DNA of 64,000 bases. It comes from Octopus sinensis. Its lineage: Eukaryota. Made by a program: the position numbers and the translations under genes. The notes beneath the pieces were generated by a model that ran no database searches, had not been told where the DNA came from, and saw nothing but the letters and a program-made list of their open reading frames with translations. The stretch covers positions 7,371 to 71,370 of the forward strand of contig NW_021834226.1 in assembly GCF_006345805.1 (NCBI RefSeq). Direction: 5' to 3'. Shown piece by piece: positions 26,054 through 40,145 of the stretch. Positions within the stretch are counted from its first letter, which is position 1. Each line of letters starts with the position of its first letter.

Positions 26054-28689
26054 AATAATAATAATAATAACAATAATAATAATAATAATAATAATAATAT
26101 AATAATAATAATATAATAATAATAGCTGTTGTTGTTGTTGCTGTTGCTGTAGCTGTTTTTTATGGTTAGGAGATTCCTGATTGGACAGATCTATGATCAA
26201 ATGAATTCCAGTATTAGTCGTACCCTATTTTTTTAGAGGTATTTAGGGTTACACTATCTAATGTCCTTTTCCAGTTACTTCCACAAGTTCCGTACGGTGA
26301 GGACTGAGGGAGATGTGGTTATTATTTTTCGGCAGACCGATCCTCCAGTTAGAAATTACCCCGCCGAATCTTATGTCACGATACTCGCTTGCCAGTCTTG
26401 TGAAATGATGTTTTATAAACTGAACTTAAATTCGTCATATTTTAAAATCCAAAAGCGTTTGTGAGTATAATACACTATACGTATTTAGGTATGACGAGGA
26501 CTGAAATTATCTTCAGTTTTGGCCAAGGAATAAACTGTTTGGCGTAAATGAAATGGTATAATTATAAGTCAGGATGAATCGGACACAGGTTTTAGTCTTT
26601 GATCGCCCCGAATCTCATCGATTGCTCTAGAGTATTCACTTCGTTCTTGCAACAATAGTGTGAAATATTAGTTTCTTTTTGATTTGACAAGGATGAAATG
26701 AAATGAAAAGTTTCAAATGTTAAGAAAATGTATTAACAATTAAATGAAGAGAATTAACTCTTATCATTTTATGATATATTGTTGTTGGAGAATATAAGGA
26801 AATCTAAAGGAGAAAATTATTAATCTCAGACAGAACTGAAGCAGCGTTAAATATCGAGTGGACTGTATATTGTATATAGAATAAGTTTAATAGCAAGATT
26901 AAATGTGATAATCAGATGAATAGGTTTAATTTGACTCAGAACCCACGTATGCGCAAAGTTATATAATATTTAGTTTGGTTTGAGACTTAGTAAGTCTCTA
27001 TATCTTAACTGAGAACTACAATCAGTCAGTTTTGTCACAGAAGTTCAGCAATATGGAATTGTAACAAGGTTTAGATAATCCGGTTATATATTTAGAGTCG
27101 TGAATTTATTTAAACCTTTGAACGCGGAAACCTTTGAACGCATTAAAACTGCGGGAAGCATTTTTACCCAACGGCTTTGCAAAAATATCTCCTTATGCTG
27201 CAAGAAGTAGAGACACACATGTGACACATTTTACGAAAGACAAATTTTAAAATTTTCTTAATTTTTTTCACATATTTCATCAAATATCTCTTTACAGAGA
27301 AAGGAGCAAATATTTTTCGTGGGGGTTATAAAAACTATGCCTACAGGAGATAGTGAAAAAAATATTGCAGAAGCAGAGAATATCTATTCTATTTTTTGAT
27401 TGATAATTAACACCATTACGGGAAAGGCCATGAGATTTAATTACGGAACCAAAGGGCTGACAAAATTGTTCTTATATCTTATACTATTATGGGAGCACAG
27501 ACATGGTTTTCAGTCTCAAAACTAAAAAAACAGAAAATGCAATCTTCATCACAGAATATATATTTCAACGATGGTTCAATTCCAGTGACAGATGGCCTAG
27601 GATACCTACATGAAAAGAGGGGTTTGTAGTATAGTCAGCCGTCTTTCGTGAGTGAATATGGTTTCGTAACATGCGCCATACTTTTGCTCATTGTTTTAGT
27701 TGTGTATGCAATCGTGGGCGGAGATGAACACCCTCTCTACTCGATTCATTTTTCACTCTTCACCATGCCGTATATCCAAGACGTATCTAATAACTGGAGG
27801 AATTGAGATAGTTGCACCGATTCTCTGCTGATACTCATTTTGAGAAGGTTGGAGCAAGGTGACATGAAGTGATTTGCTCAAGGACACAACATATCCCTAG
27901 GTTCAGGAATTAATGTCACGACCGTAACACCTGGCCATGCGGTGGGGTTGAGATAATCTCGAAATATGTTTAGAGAATAATTTATTTTGACAAAATCTGG
28001 ATATAATTTATGCCACACATAAGCTTTTTCTGTCATAAAATTAAGCCCACATGTAAGCGTTTTCTATCCTAAAACTGAATAAAATCATAACCCCCACCTT
28101 TAAATACAACATAATTAACTATGTTGAAGTTGCCCAGCGAGGTCTTTTAAGATGTCATCGACGCCATCATGGGAGAAATTTTTCCATTATATATTTTGTG
28201 AAGTACAAACAAATATTAAAAATAACATTCGACGTCTTAAATGATAAATTGTAAAGGACAGTGCAGATTGTGTTCTCCTCTGCGACTTATTTTAGTTTTA
28301 AAAAGAGAGAATACCTAATTTGAATCAAATACCTGGTGTTTGATTTGTTAGCTTTCTACGCAGCATAATTGCATATATACGATTAATTAGTAATTAAGGT
28401 GTTTATAATGCTCTCTTTGTAATAAAGAATTTTTTTTAGCTATGACGTACTCGTTCTACACGTTAGGATTTAGCAATGTAATCCAACTCAAATGATGCGT
28501 CATTTTTTAAAAAAAGGTCGGACGTATTGAGTAACGTAATCTGCTGTAAACAATGGAAGGGAAAGACAAGAATCAAAGGGAACCTCTGATTGCATGTGTG
28601 CTCTTTCTAGCTTTCCGCTCGATGCTTACATGTTCCGCCGATACACACTGGCAAAATATAAATATATACGTGCATAAATACACACCTCC

Positions 28690-28858
28690 TTTTTTTCTCT
28701 CCTTGTTTCTCTCCTTGTTTTTTCTGTGTCCCTTTCTGTAGAAGAGCGTAGGCTCGAAACGTAAAAGACTTTTTCTATTCCTGAGCGTTATACTAATATA
28801 TCTGTTTGTTTTGTACACCACCTGTCTTCGTCTTTTGTTTTTTTTCGTAAACTCTCTC

Positions 28859-28860
<2 letters not shown>
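28690..28860 (+). mobile_element. Penelope-like pLTR fragment with variant hammerhead (28732-28767)
   Basis: CUUU-CUGUAGA-A-GAGC-GUAG-GCUC-GAAAC-GUA-AAAG; second copy on the minus strand at about 37960-38150. Confidence 0.6.
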
Positions 28861-28927
<67 letters not shown>

Positions 28928-29009
28928 ACAATGGTACATACATGCAAGCGCGCATGTTACTCAAGATCAGAGCAACTCCACTGAATAGCTGATGAATTAT
29001 GAAATCCAC

Positions 29010-29345
29010 ATGATGGAAGTAGAATATGTAAATTATATCACAGTTTCTCCAGGTCGAGTGGTTAGGTCTCTATTGAGAGGTCACAGCTTCAGCAACGCAG
29101 AAATGTCAATAGAATGTCGCAGGAGAAAATCACACGTTGGATTCTTGAAGTCGAGCCAGCTGGCAGAAGACCTTGAAGTTGACCACGAACGAGATGTTTG
29201 GATAGTATCCCTAATATCAGTTGGTCATATTTGGTAATCCAACCGGATAGTTTAATGACGGTTGCTTCTGACAAGACCCTGTAGAGGAAGTGTTTGTGGA
29301 CACTATCCCCACGATCCTCCAAGAAATAGTAAGTGGAGAAGACGG
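29010..29345 (+). mobile_element. Decayed RTE (Rex3/Expander-like) LINE 3' end
   Basis: Translation SIERSQLQ...RMSQEKITRWILEVEPAGRRP*S*PRTRCLDSI...LSPRSS matches the Rex3-type terminus IERSQLRW...GRRPRGRPRTRW...LLPPRP. Confidence 0.7.
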
Positions 29346-30249
29346 ATGGGTAAAAGGATATCAGAGGTGTATGGAAGGTTAACGTGATCAGCAGCTATGG
29401 AAAAATTGTCATGAAGGTATTACCTTCTATTGCAGTGTCAGCTTGTTGTTAAAACAATATGCAAGAGAATTGATAAGAAAGAATGGTGTAAGAAAAATAA
29501 AGGGATGAGCTGTCAAACTTGGTTGCTTTTGCAAGAGGGATTGAAAAATAAACTAGAGGACGCAAGCTGGATATAGACAATTATTGCTAAAACCCTATTC
29601 ATAATGTTGACCTAAGAAAATGGAAGAAAAGTGTCAATACAATACGTACTATAATAACTATATTAACAAGGAAAGAACATAAGGTGTTTGTAAAATCGGT
29701 GTGCGAAGATGCGTGCGAAAAATTCATTCACATGGTCCTTAGAGTAAGAACGGAGATAGAAATTGTCCAAATGAATGCATACAATTATTGACAAGACCAA
29801 TGCTTAATAGAAAACTTGCAATTCTAGTATTGCAAACATTATTTCTGCTGCAAGACCTTTCAATATTGTTTGCAATACTAGAATTCTTTCGGGCGAGCAA
29901 GTTGGTAGATTTGAAAAATTATAAAGAATAAAAGAACTTCCATTTGGTTCGGCGGATATAGACAAAATGATGGGGAAATATGCTATGTCGTTTAATATAT
30001 GGATTCATAAGCTGCTTTTTCATTGGCTGATATAGCAAAACAATTCCATAAGATCAACTGCTTTGACTAATTGGAACCGGTGCTAATCATAAAATTGATG
30101 TATCCTAAAGGTGTCTATTTTCCAAAGTTTTTAAAATTTAAAACGTTTACTGCACTATGAATGTGTTCATAATACATATAATTCATATGTATTTAAATGA
30201 GTGTGCGTGAATGGATATTTACAATGGTCAATTCCCCCCCCCCCCAAAA

Positions 30250-30415
30250 AAAAACACGGAGAAAAGGAAAAAGAAAAAACAAATGAACGTATGGAGGTAG
30301 CACAAGCAGAGAAGGAAAATAGTAGTAGTTTTACGTTTCGAGCATAGCTCTTCTTCGGAAACAGGAAAAACAGAGACGTCCGAGGCGAAGGAGGAAAAAA
30401 TCGCCAACAATCATG
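30250..30415 (-). mobile_element. Penelope-like fragment with degenerate hammerhead (30328-30362)
   Basis: Reverse complement GUUU-CCGAAGA-A-GAGC-UAU-GCUC-GAAAC-GUA-AAAC. Confidence 0.5.
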
Positions 30416-30439
30416 TGTGGTTACGTATAATATATATAT

Positions 30440-30860
30440 ATCTTTTACTCTTTTACTCTTTTACTTGTTTCAGTCATTTGACTGCGGTCATGCTAGAACA
30501 CCGCCTTTAGTCGAGCAAATCGACCCCGGGACTTATTCTTTGTAAGCCCAGTACTTATTCTATCGGTCTCTTTTGCCGAACCGCTAAGTGACGGGGACGT
30601 AAACACACCAGCATCGGTTGTCAAGCAATGCTAGGGGGACAAACACATACACACAAACACAAACACACACATATATACATATATATACATATATACGACA
30701 GTCTTCTTTCAGTTTCCGTCTACCAAATCCACTCACAAGGCATTGGTCGGCCCAGGGCTATAGCAGAAGACACTTGCCCAAGATGCCACGCAGTGGGACT
30801 AAACCCGGAACCACGTGGTTGGTTAGCAAGCTACTTACCACACAGCCACTCCTCCGCCTA
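30440..30860 (-). mobile_element. SINE-A, full length
   Basis: Reverse complement of the consensus. Confidence 0.9.
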
Positions 30861-31367
30861 TATATATATAATATAAACGCAACAAACACTGAAAAGTACC
30901 GCACGGGAAAAAAAGTTTAGCAACGGGGTTCGTTTTCCATTATTCTCTTCAAACAGCGAAGCTTTCTTTCCGAGGGCCCTGGTTAGGCCGGGACGAGAAT
31001 CTGTTGATTCTTTTCCTTGGCTTTTGAATTGCACTATAATTCTATTTACAGTAGCAAGAGGAATTTGGAAATTTTCGGCAATTTTTCGCTGGCTGAATCC
31101 AGCCTCAGATTACCCAACAATACAACCTCTTTGAAAATCTGACAGTTCTGCTGAATTTTTGTGCGTGGCATGGTTACTCTTCAGAAATGTTTAATATAAT
31201 GGCACCTGGAATGAAAAAGAACTATTACATTGTAAATTTTACACCGCTGAAAACATATTAAAACGCTTAGATGAGAAATTTTGAAAATTAAAGGTTCTAT
31301 TTACTTCCTGCATGCCTGTGTATATATAAGTATATGTATATATACTTATATATATACTTATATATAT

Positions 31368-31464
<97 letters not shown>

Positions 31465-31599
31465 ATATCTATATCTATATCTATATATATAATATGATAC
31501 AGTAGTATATATAAATATATTAATGATATAATACAAATATATGATATATATATATATATAAGTAAATTGTATATTTATTGCACAATATTCCACTGCCTA

Positions 31600-31960
31600 G
31601 CAAAAGCGGAGGTAATGTTTTCAGTCGCGTTTGTTTGTTTGTTTGTTTGTCCGTGGAGAAGATATCTCAAGAACCGCTAGATGGATTCGGATGAAACTTT
31701 CAGGTATGATAAGCCTTATAACTGGTACGAACTGGTTAAACTTTGGGATCAATCCGGTACAGGGCAAGGATTCTGTATTACTTTTCCGGTTTTTTAAACT
31801 TAATATTTGAGAGCGGTCGGGTTCGTTTTTAGTATTCTCGTTTGTGAGAGCAATGGAGTTTATTTCGGATATTCTCATTTTATTAAACATCTCCGACTAA
31901 TCGTTGAGAGGACATTGGTGTTGCTTTGGCGGAGGTTTGCGCTCTCTGATTATTCTTGAT
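31600..31960 (+). mobile_element. Helentron-associated / DINE-1-like non-autonomous element
   Basis: 5' GCGGAGGTAATGTTTTCAGTCGCG followed by (GTTT)n and GATGGATTCGGATGAAACTT; 3' GGCGGAGGTTTGCGCTCTCTGA. This organisation is typical of HINE/DINE elements (recognition, not search). Confidence 0.6.
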
Positions 31961-32139
31961 AAGTATAAAATCTAACATATATATCTGCGTACACACACAT
32001 ACAAAGCAAACTTTTGCACAATATTCCACTGCCTAATGCTATTCGAAATGCATTAACCAACCCGATTCTATGAGAACAATTCAATTGCTCAAACTACAAA
32101 TTCAGATGCCGCATAGTGTGATCGAAAACGGAACTTGTT

Positions 32140-32526
32140 GGTTTTTTTTTATTTGTTTCAATCATGTGACTGTGGCCATGCTGGAGCACCGCGTTCAGTC
32201 AAGCAAATCAATCCCAGGGCTTTTTCTTTGTAAGCCTAGTACTTATTCTATCGGTCTCGTTTGCCGAACCGCTAAGTTACGGGGACGTAAACACACCAGA
32301 ATCGATTGTCAAGCGATGTTGTGGTGACAAACACAGACACAGACACACACACACATACATACATACACACACATACATACATACATACATACATACATAC
32401 ATGCATACATACATGCATACATACATACATACATAATACATACATACATACATAAAGATATACGTACATACATAAAGATATACGTACATACATAAAGATA
32501 TACGTACATACATACATACACACAAC

Positions 32527-32559
<33 letters not shown>

Positions 32560-32573
32560 ATATATATATATAT

Positions 32574-32611
<38 letters not shown>

Positions 32612-32775
32612 GACGGGCCTCTTTCAGTTTCCATCTACCAATCCACTCACAAGGCTTTGGTCGGCCTGAGGCGACAGCAGAAGACACTTGCCCAAAGTGC
32701 CACGCAGTGGGACTGAACCCGGAACCATGTGGTTGGTAAGCAAGCTACTTACCACACAGCCACTCTTACGCCTAT
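32140..32775 (-). mobile_element. SINE-A with greatly expanded internal microsatellite
   Basis: Consensus halves separated by about 280 bp of (CA)n/(TACA)n/(TA)n. Confidence 0.88.
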
Positions 32776-33229
32776 GTTTACAATTAAAGAGCGATGCCTG
32801 TGAATTCATTATCTGTACGTCACTAACAGAGCAAAGAAAAGTATTCAATTCAGAACTTCCCGTTTACCGTTTCCTATATTGCCTAACCCCAATTTCCATT
32901 GACGTCTTTGGAAGTATTTTGTAAGACGATTCTTCTGTCTATAGAACATTCAATGGCATGAGTTATTGAAGACGGGTGAATGTCAAAAGCCGTACTTGCC
33001 ACAAGGAAATCATATAACTAAGTGTAAAATATGTAAAATATAAAGGAAAGACTGTACACGGGAAGTTGACAAATGTAAGCGAATGTAGAAGTAATAAAAT
33101 GAAGAACGCGAATAATGAACAAAATGAAAGAAAAATCGTCCCCAGAATTGACAGGAAAATGAAACTAAAGTGAAAAGTATATATTAAAGAAATCCTCCCC
33201 AATAATATGTTAATATATGTATGTATATG

Positions 33230-33945
<716 letters not shown>

Positions 33946-34599
33946 AGCTATTATGAACAGAATGCTGCGGAGAAATAATATTCATAGCTGTTCGGTCGTT
34001 GTGAATAGTTTCCTTTTTCGCCTGTTAGCTTAGTATTAGTCATCTATTTGTAATAAGAATTCTTTATTGAAGACGAGAAATTACAACTATGAATGTAAAC
34101 TTCACTTTGCATTTCGATTTCTAAAGACAGAAATAGCAATGTGTGTTTATGAAGATTTAGTGAATACATAACGCTATGTTTAATTTTAGCTTTGCCAATT
34201 TCTGTCGTCGAAATAATATAGACAACTTTCGACAAATATTAGTTATTAGATTCTTGTATATTTTCTTAATTTACTTGCGCAGCTTCGTAAAATGGTTACT
34301 GCTCGCTATAGAATTATATATTATTGACTCACGACGTTGTAATGAGTAAATTCTTTATAAAGTGCGATTTGTTAGTTTGAACTAAATCTAATATTCACAT
34401 TATAACTAAATATCTGTAGAGTACATAATTACTTACTATAAAATATATCACTTAGAATATAAATATAAATGAATTTCTACAATACACCACAGAGAATATT
34501 TTCATATTTATATTATACTCTATTCTATATGATGTTTTCTTATTATAACAATTTCTATTCACACCTTGCCATCATATCTAGTTTGATATATGGATAATC

Positions 34600-35180
34600 A
34601 AAGGCGGCGAGCTGGTAGAAACATCAGTACGCCGGGCGAAATGTATAGCCGTATTTCGTCTGCCGTTACGTTCTGAGTTCAAATTCCGTCGAGGTCGACT
34701 TTGCCTTTCATCCTTTCGGAGTCGATTAAATAAGTACCAGTTACGCACTGGGGTCGATATAATCGACTTAATCCGTTTGTCACTCCTTGTTTGTCCTCTC
34801 TGTGTTTAGCCCCCTGGGTGTAGTAAAGAAATAGGTATTTCGTCGGCCGTTACGTTCTGAGTTCAAATTCCGCCGAGGTCGACTTTACCTTTCTTCCTTT
34901 CGGGGTCGATTAAATAAGTACCAGTTACGCACTGGAGTCGATATAATCGACTTAATCCGTTTGTCTGTCCTTGTTTGTCCCCTCTGTATGTAGCTCCTTG
35001 TGGGCAGTAAAAAATGGGTATTTCGTCTGTCTTTACGTTCTGAGTTCAAATTCTGCCGAGGTCGACTTTGCTTTTCATCCTTTCAGGGTCGATAAATTAA
35101 GTGCCAGTTGCGTACTGGGGTCCATCTGATCGACTAGCATCCTCCTCCAAAATTTCGGGCCTTGTGGCTAGAGAAGAAAA
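34600..35180 (+). mobile_element. SINE-B trimer
   Basis: One head and three ~180-bp bodies; junctions near 34833 and 35017. Confidence 0.88.
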
Positions 35181-35269
35181 GGATATATGGATAGCCGCAA
35201 AACCTCCCATCATACCAAACACCAAGCGTTAAGTGTCAATAGATCATATGCTTATATAGGCACAGACGT

Positions 35270-35975
35270 GGTCATGTGGCAAGACGTTGGCTTCTCATGT
35301 GCATGGTGTCGGAATTAGTCTCAATGTGTGGCATTATAGCCCTGGGCCAGCCAAAGTCAGAATTTTATGAGTGAATTTTGATAGTGGGAAAGTGAAAGCA
35401 GTCTGTCGTGTGTATAGGTACATAGATACATAATATATACATACGTACATACACATATATAAACATATATGCATGCGTATATATGAGCGAAAACACCTAA
35501 AGCTCCATGAGGCTACGGCAGGGTGGTGGTGGCGAACCCTGCTGTACTCTTTCACCATAACTTTCTTTCTTTCTTTCTTTCTTCCTATTTCTGTTGTACC
35601 TGTATTTCAAAGGGCCAGCCTTGTCACATTCTGTGTGACGCTGAATCTCCCCGAGAACTACGTTAAGGGTACACGCTTGCACGTTAATTTCACGAGCAGG
35701 CTGTTCTGTTCATCGGATCAACTGGAACCCTCGTCGTCGTCGAAACCGACGGAGTGCCACCACGTGTATATGTGCGTGTGTGTGTATCTTTGTGTTTGTC
35801 CTTATAATCGCTTGACAACCGGTCCATTAGCACTTCGGAAAAAAGACCTATAGAATAAGTGCCAGGCTTAAGAGAAAAAGTACTGGGGTTGATTCGTTCG
35901 ACAAAAACCCCTTCAAGGTGATGCTCCTGTATGACTGCCGTCCAATGATTGAAACAAGTAAAAGATAAAAAAATG
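35270..35975 (+). mobile_element. Old SINE-A split by a SINE-C (35476-35760)
   Basis: Degenerate head at 35270-35410 and tail at 35760-35975, with the SINE-C body between them in the microsatellite. Confidence 0.75.
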
Positions 35976-36444
35976 ATTTCAGTTTTTATTCTTTTACATC
36001 TTAAACTTATGAATTAAAACACCGATGATTTACTAATTTAAAGAGGCAAAAGTGGTATAGAGAATAATGGGTCGATAAATAATATGCAAGTCCTCATTGG
36101 ACTAGAGCCTTCTTTTTCTATCGCTCTTTATTTCTGTTTAGAAGAAATCGCCTAATTTCGGCTCCGGTTAGGTATGCCCTTCAGAAGGTCTGCAACACGA
36201 TGTTTAAAAACACACCGTATATTACAACGATGCATTTACAACTCTATTAAGGAAATGAAAGCCCAAGGAAATGCATATAGTCACACATTCACTGTCCGAT
36301 GACGTGTGCAGTAGGGTTATTTATACTGTATTTATAAATAATTTACAAATTGCATTTACGAATTGCTTTCATTGTGTGACATCCTAAATTAATTACCAAA
36401 TACAGAAACATATGTAACAGATGAAGACGCTTTGTTTTCTGTAA

Positions 36445-36519
<75 letters not shown>

Positions 36520-36814
36520 GTAAAATATGAAAAATCAACGAACATGCACATTGCAAATAGAAAAAGGCTATTTATGACAGGTAACGACAAATATATACAT
36601 TTAGATTGACTGAGGTAGTAATACGAGTCATAAAAGTCATTATTATGAGATGATTATAAGATGATAATATCATCTTATAATCTAAATGTATATATTTGTC
36701 GTTACCTGTCATAAATAGCCTTTTTCTATTTGCAATGTGCATTTTCGTTGATTTTTCATATTTTACCCTTACATTTCCACGTGTATTTTATATTTTCTTT
36801 TCGTAACATATTTC

Positions 36815-36855
<41 letters not shown>

Positions 36856-36944
36856 GTACACACACACACACTTACACACACGCACATTCCAGTAGCATAG
36901 TTTTCTTGAACCATTGCCCGATATATCTAAATTTTCTTTTCTTT

Positions 36945-37088
36945 TATTCTTTTACTTGTTTCAGTCATTTGACTGCGGCCATGCTGGAGCACCGCCTTTA
37001 GTCGAGCAAATCGACCCCGGGACTTATTCTTTGTAAGCCCAGTACTTATTCTACCAGCATCGGTTGTCAAGCAATGTTACGGGGACAA

Positions 37089-37152
<64 letters not shown>

Positions 37153-37325
37153 TACATATATACGACAGGCTTCTTTCAGTTTCCGTCTACCAAATCCACT
37201 CACAAGGCATTGGTCGGCCCGGGGCTATAGCAGAAGACACTGCCCAAGATGCCACGCAGTGGGACTGAACCCGCATCCAAGTGGTTTGTTAGCAAGCTAC
37301 TTACCACACAGCCACTCCTGCGCCT
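36945..37325 (-). mobile_element. SINE-A with internal deletion
   Basis: Consensus with a TACTTATTCT|ACCAGCATCGG deletion junction. Confidence 0.88.
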
Positions 37326-37619
37326 AAATGTCTTTTAATTTTTTTAAAACCAAAACAATGCGAGACATAAAGCCTTAATAATATAGTTCGATAATTAGTA
37401 TATTCACGCATGTAAACATACAAGCGCTGGTATGGCTCTGGTATGAAATTCTTTTCCCAACCACATGGTTTCAGGTTCAGTTCCATTGCGTGGCAACTTG
37501 TACATTTGTCTTCTATAATAGCAAAGCAACGCTTCTTCAGTAGATTTGGTAGAGGAAACTGAAAGAAGTTCGTCGGATATATATATATATAATATATATA
37601 TATATATAGAACAATCTTA

Positions 37620-37915
37620 CTTAGAAAGGGATGCGTGCGTTCTGTCATATAATAAATAATAAATAAATAAAAAAAATATATGCATATATACATACATATA
37701 TGTACGTACCTACCTCTACATGTATATATACATGCATATATGGGTACAGGACACCAAAAAAAGTCGAACACAATGAGAAACGAAAACATAAACACAAAAC
37801 CAAGGAAATGGACATTTTTAAAAAACAACGAAAAAAAGAGTACAGGACATACAAAACAAGGAAAATTTCCCTTCTGCAGTCGCCTTAATTTCATCTACTC
37901 CACGTTTCGACGGTC
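37620..37915 (-). mobile_element. Interspersed repeat, probable Penelope pLTR; second copy at 55990-56260 (+)
   Basis: Both copies share GAAACG.GAGTAGATGAAA...GGCGACTG.AGAAGGG...TGTACCCATATATGC.TGTATATATACATGTAGAGGTAGGTAC. Confidence 0.6.
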
Positions 37916-37917
37916 AT

Positions 37918-37959
<42 letters not shown>

Positions 37960-37962
<3 letters not shown>

Positions 37963-38150
37963 AAGGAGAATTCATAAAAAACAAACAAACCAAAAGACGA
38001 AGACAGGTGGTGTAGACAACAAAAAGATGTATTAGTTTAACGCTCAGGAAGTGAAAATGTATTTAACGTTTCGAGCCTACGCTCTTCCACAGAAAGGAAC
38101 ACTGAACAAAGCAAGGAAAGAAAATAAAGAGTGAAAATATATAATGTGTA
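37960..38150 (-). mobile_element. Penelope-like pLTR fragment (same family as 28690), variant hammerhead at 38062-38095
   Basis: Reverse complement shares CCTTTCTGT.GAAGAGCGTAGGCTCGAAACGT...CCTGAGCGTTA.ACTAATA...CACCACCTGTCTTCGTCTTTTG with the 28690 copy. Confidence 0.6.
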
Positions 38151-38301
38151 GTGGTTAGCGATCTATCATGGTGAATATATATATATATATATAGACATCT
38201 TTCTATAAAAATCTATAGGCATGCAGGCGTATATATATATATATGCATTCTCTCTATAATGTATAATATATATATATATATATATATAGTATAAATATAT
38301 A

Positions 38302-38332
<31 letters not shown>

Positions 38333-38386
38333 CGCGCACACATACATATATACATATTTACATATACATATACATTTATATATATA

Positions 38387-38464
<78 letters not shown>

Positions 38465-40059
38465 ATATATGGATATATATATATGTAAACATATATGTAT
38501 TTATACATATGTATATATATATGTATACATATAAAAACACATAGAGATTTATATATCGTATACAGACTTGTATTACCTATATTTTTTTTGATGAAATTAT
38601 CAGAATCCTAGTTGCGATTGACTGACTTCTCTTTGCGGACCAGAAAAGACGTAGCCATTCATACATGGTTTGCTAATAAAAGAGAACAAACATCCATACA
38701 ACGCCGAAGCGTAGAATCAACTGTCAGTCAGCCATGTTTTTCCGACGCGTCTTTCCAACGCTTCCACGTCTCGTCAAAAGAAGGAAAGCCGATCTTTTCT
38801 GCAATATAAATTATTTGTTTTTAAAATTGCTTTTAGGTATGGAGTTTCACACGAACATCGGACACACTTGATTGAAGTTTGAACGATCGTTTTGGAAGAG
38901 CTCATTACTAAGAGGAAATTTCAGCCGGTTGTTGACACGAAACTCAAAACTGACCAGACATCTTGGATGAAAAGGTTTGACTACGAAGTCAAACGGAAAC
39001 CCCAAATTAGAATCAGAAATCAAGACGTTCTACACAATATGTTACTCCAATTATAAAGCTGTAATTTGTCGATAAACACACATCGCTGGGTAAAGATATT
39101 GGAAATCATTGTAAGTCGTCATTGTAAAATCGATCGTGGACAACACACGGACACATACATATACAGGTTCACACACACAAACACATCGATAAAAGCCACC
39201 CACGGTGTTTATTTCAGCGGCGTAGGAAGAGCAATAATTATCAATGTGCTATTATTGTTCGCGTGCTGCAAGAGAAGTAGAGAAAACTTTTCTTTATGAC
39301 TGAATAAATTTTCGGTTGAATGTATCCAACACAATGAAAGCATTAACCAATTTCAGGCAGATTGTTGCAGATTGTTTCGAGAAAATCAAATAATTTTTGA
39401 ATACAAATGAAAGCAAGAAATTAATGATTCCTAGACAAAAAGAAAAGAAAGAAAAACAAACAAAAAACAAAATCAAAAGCAAAACAAAAATAAAACTGAA
39501 TCAAAAATCTAAATATAAATGCTGCAACAGATTATCTGAGAATTCACTGTTAACTGACACCAGCCGAAAGGAGATCAGGCTTGGCTGAGTGGTTAAGAAG
39601 CTCGCTTTGAAATCAAGTGGCTTCAGGTTCAGACTAATTGCTTGTGAGCGAAATTTTGTAGACAGAAACTGTATGGAAGCCCGTCATTTATACATACATA
39701 CATATATATATATATATAACGAGGGAGATAAATTGAATATTGATTTAATTAATATCAATTTAAAACCAGTTGCCTAGCATATCTGAAAAATTAGAAAAAA
39801 ATTCAATACATGTGACGAGTCTGCGGACGAAAAAATTACGTAAGTAATTTATCGGTAATAGAGGAATCTGGTCTACGATTAATTCTTGATTTTTTATATA
39901 TATTTTCATCTGTCTTGCCCGCTTGTGTTCTGGTGTTTACTGAACTTCTCTAGAGAACATTCTTTTCTTTGTAGTTAGACCGCATGTGATCTAACATATT
40001 GATTATTCACCTAGTGGTTATCCCTAAATATACATATATACGTATATATATATATATAC

Positions 40060-40145
<86 letters not shown>

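Noticed and set aside
27535-27630. VTDGLGYLHEKR resembling kinase subdomain VIa
   Set aside because: Short, followed by a stop, with no HRD/DFG exons found nearby.
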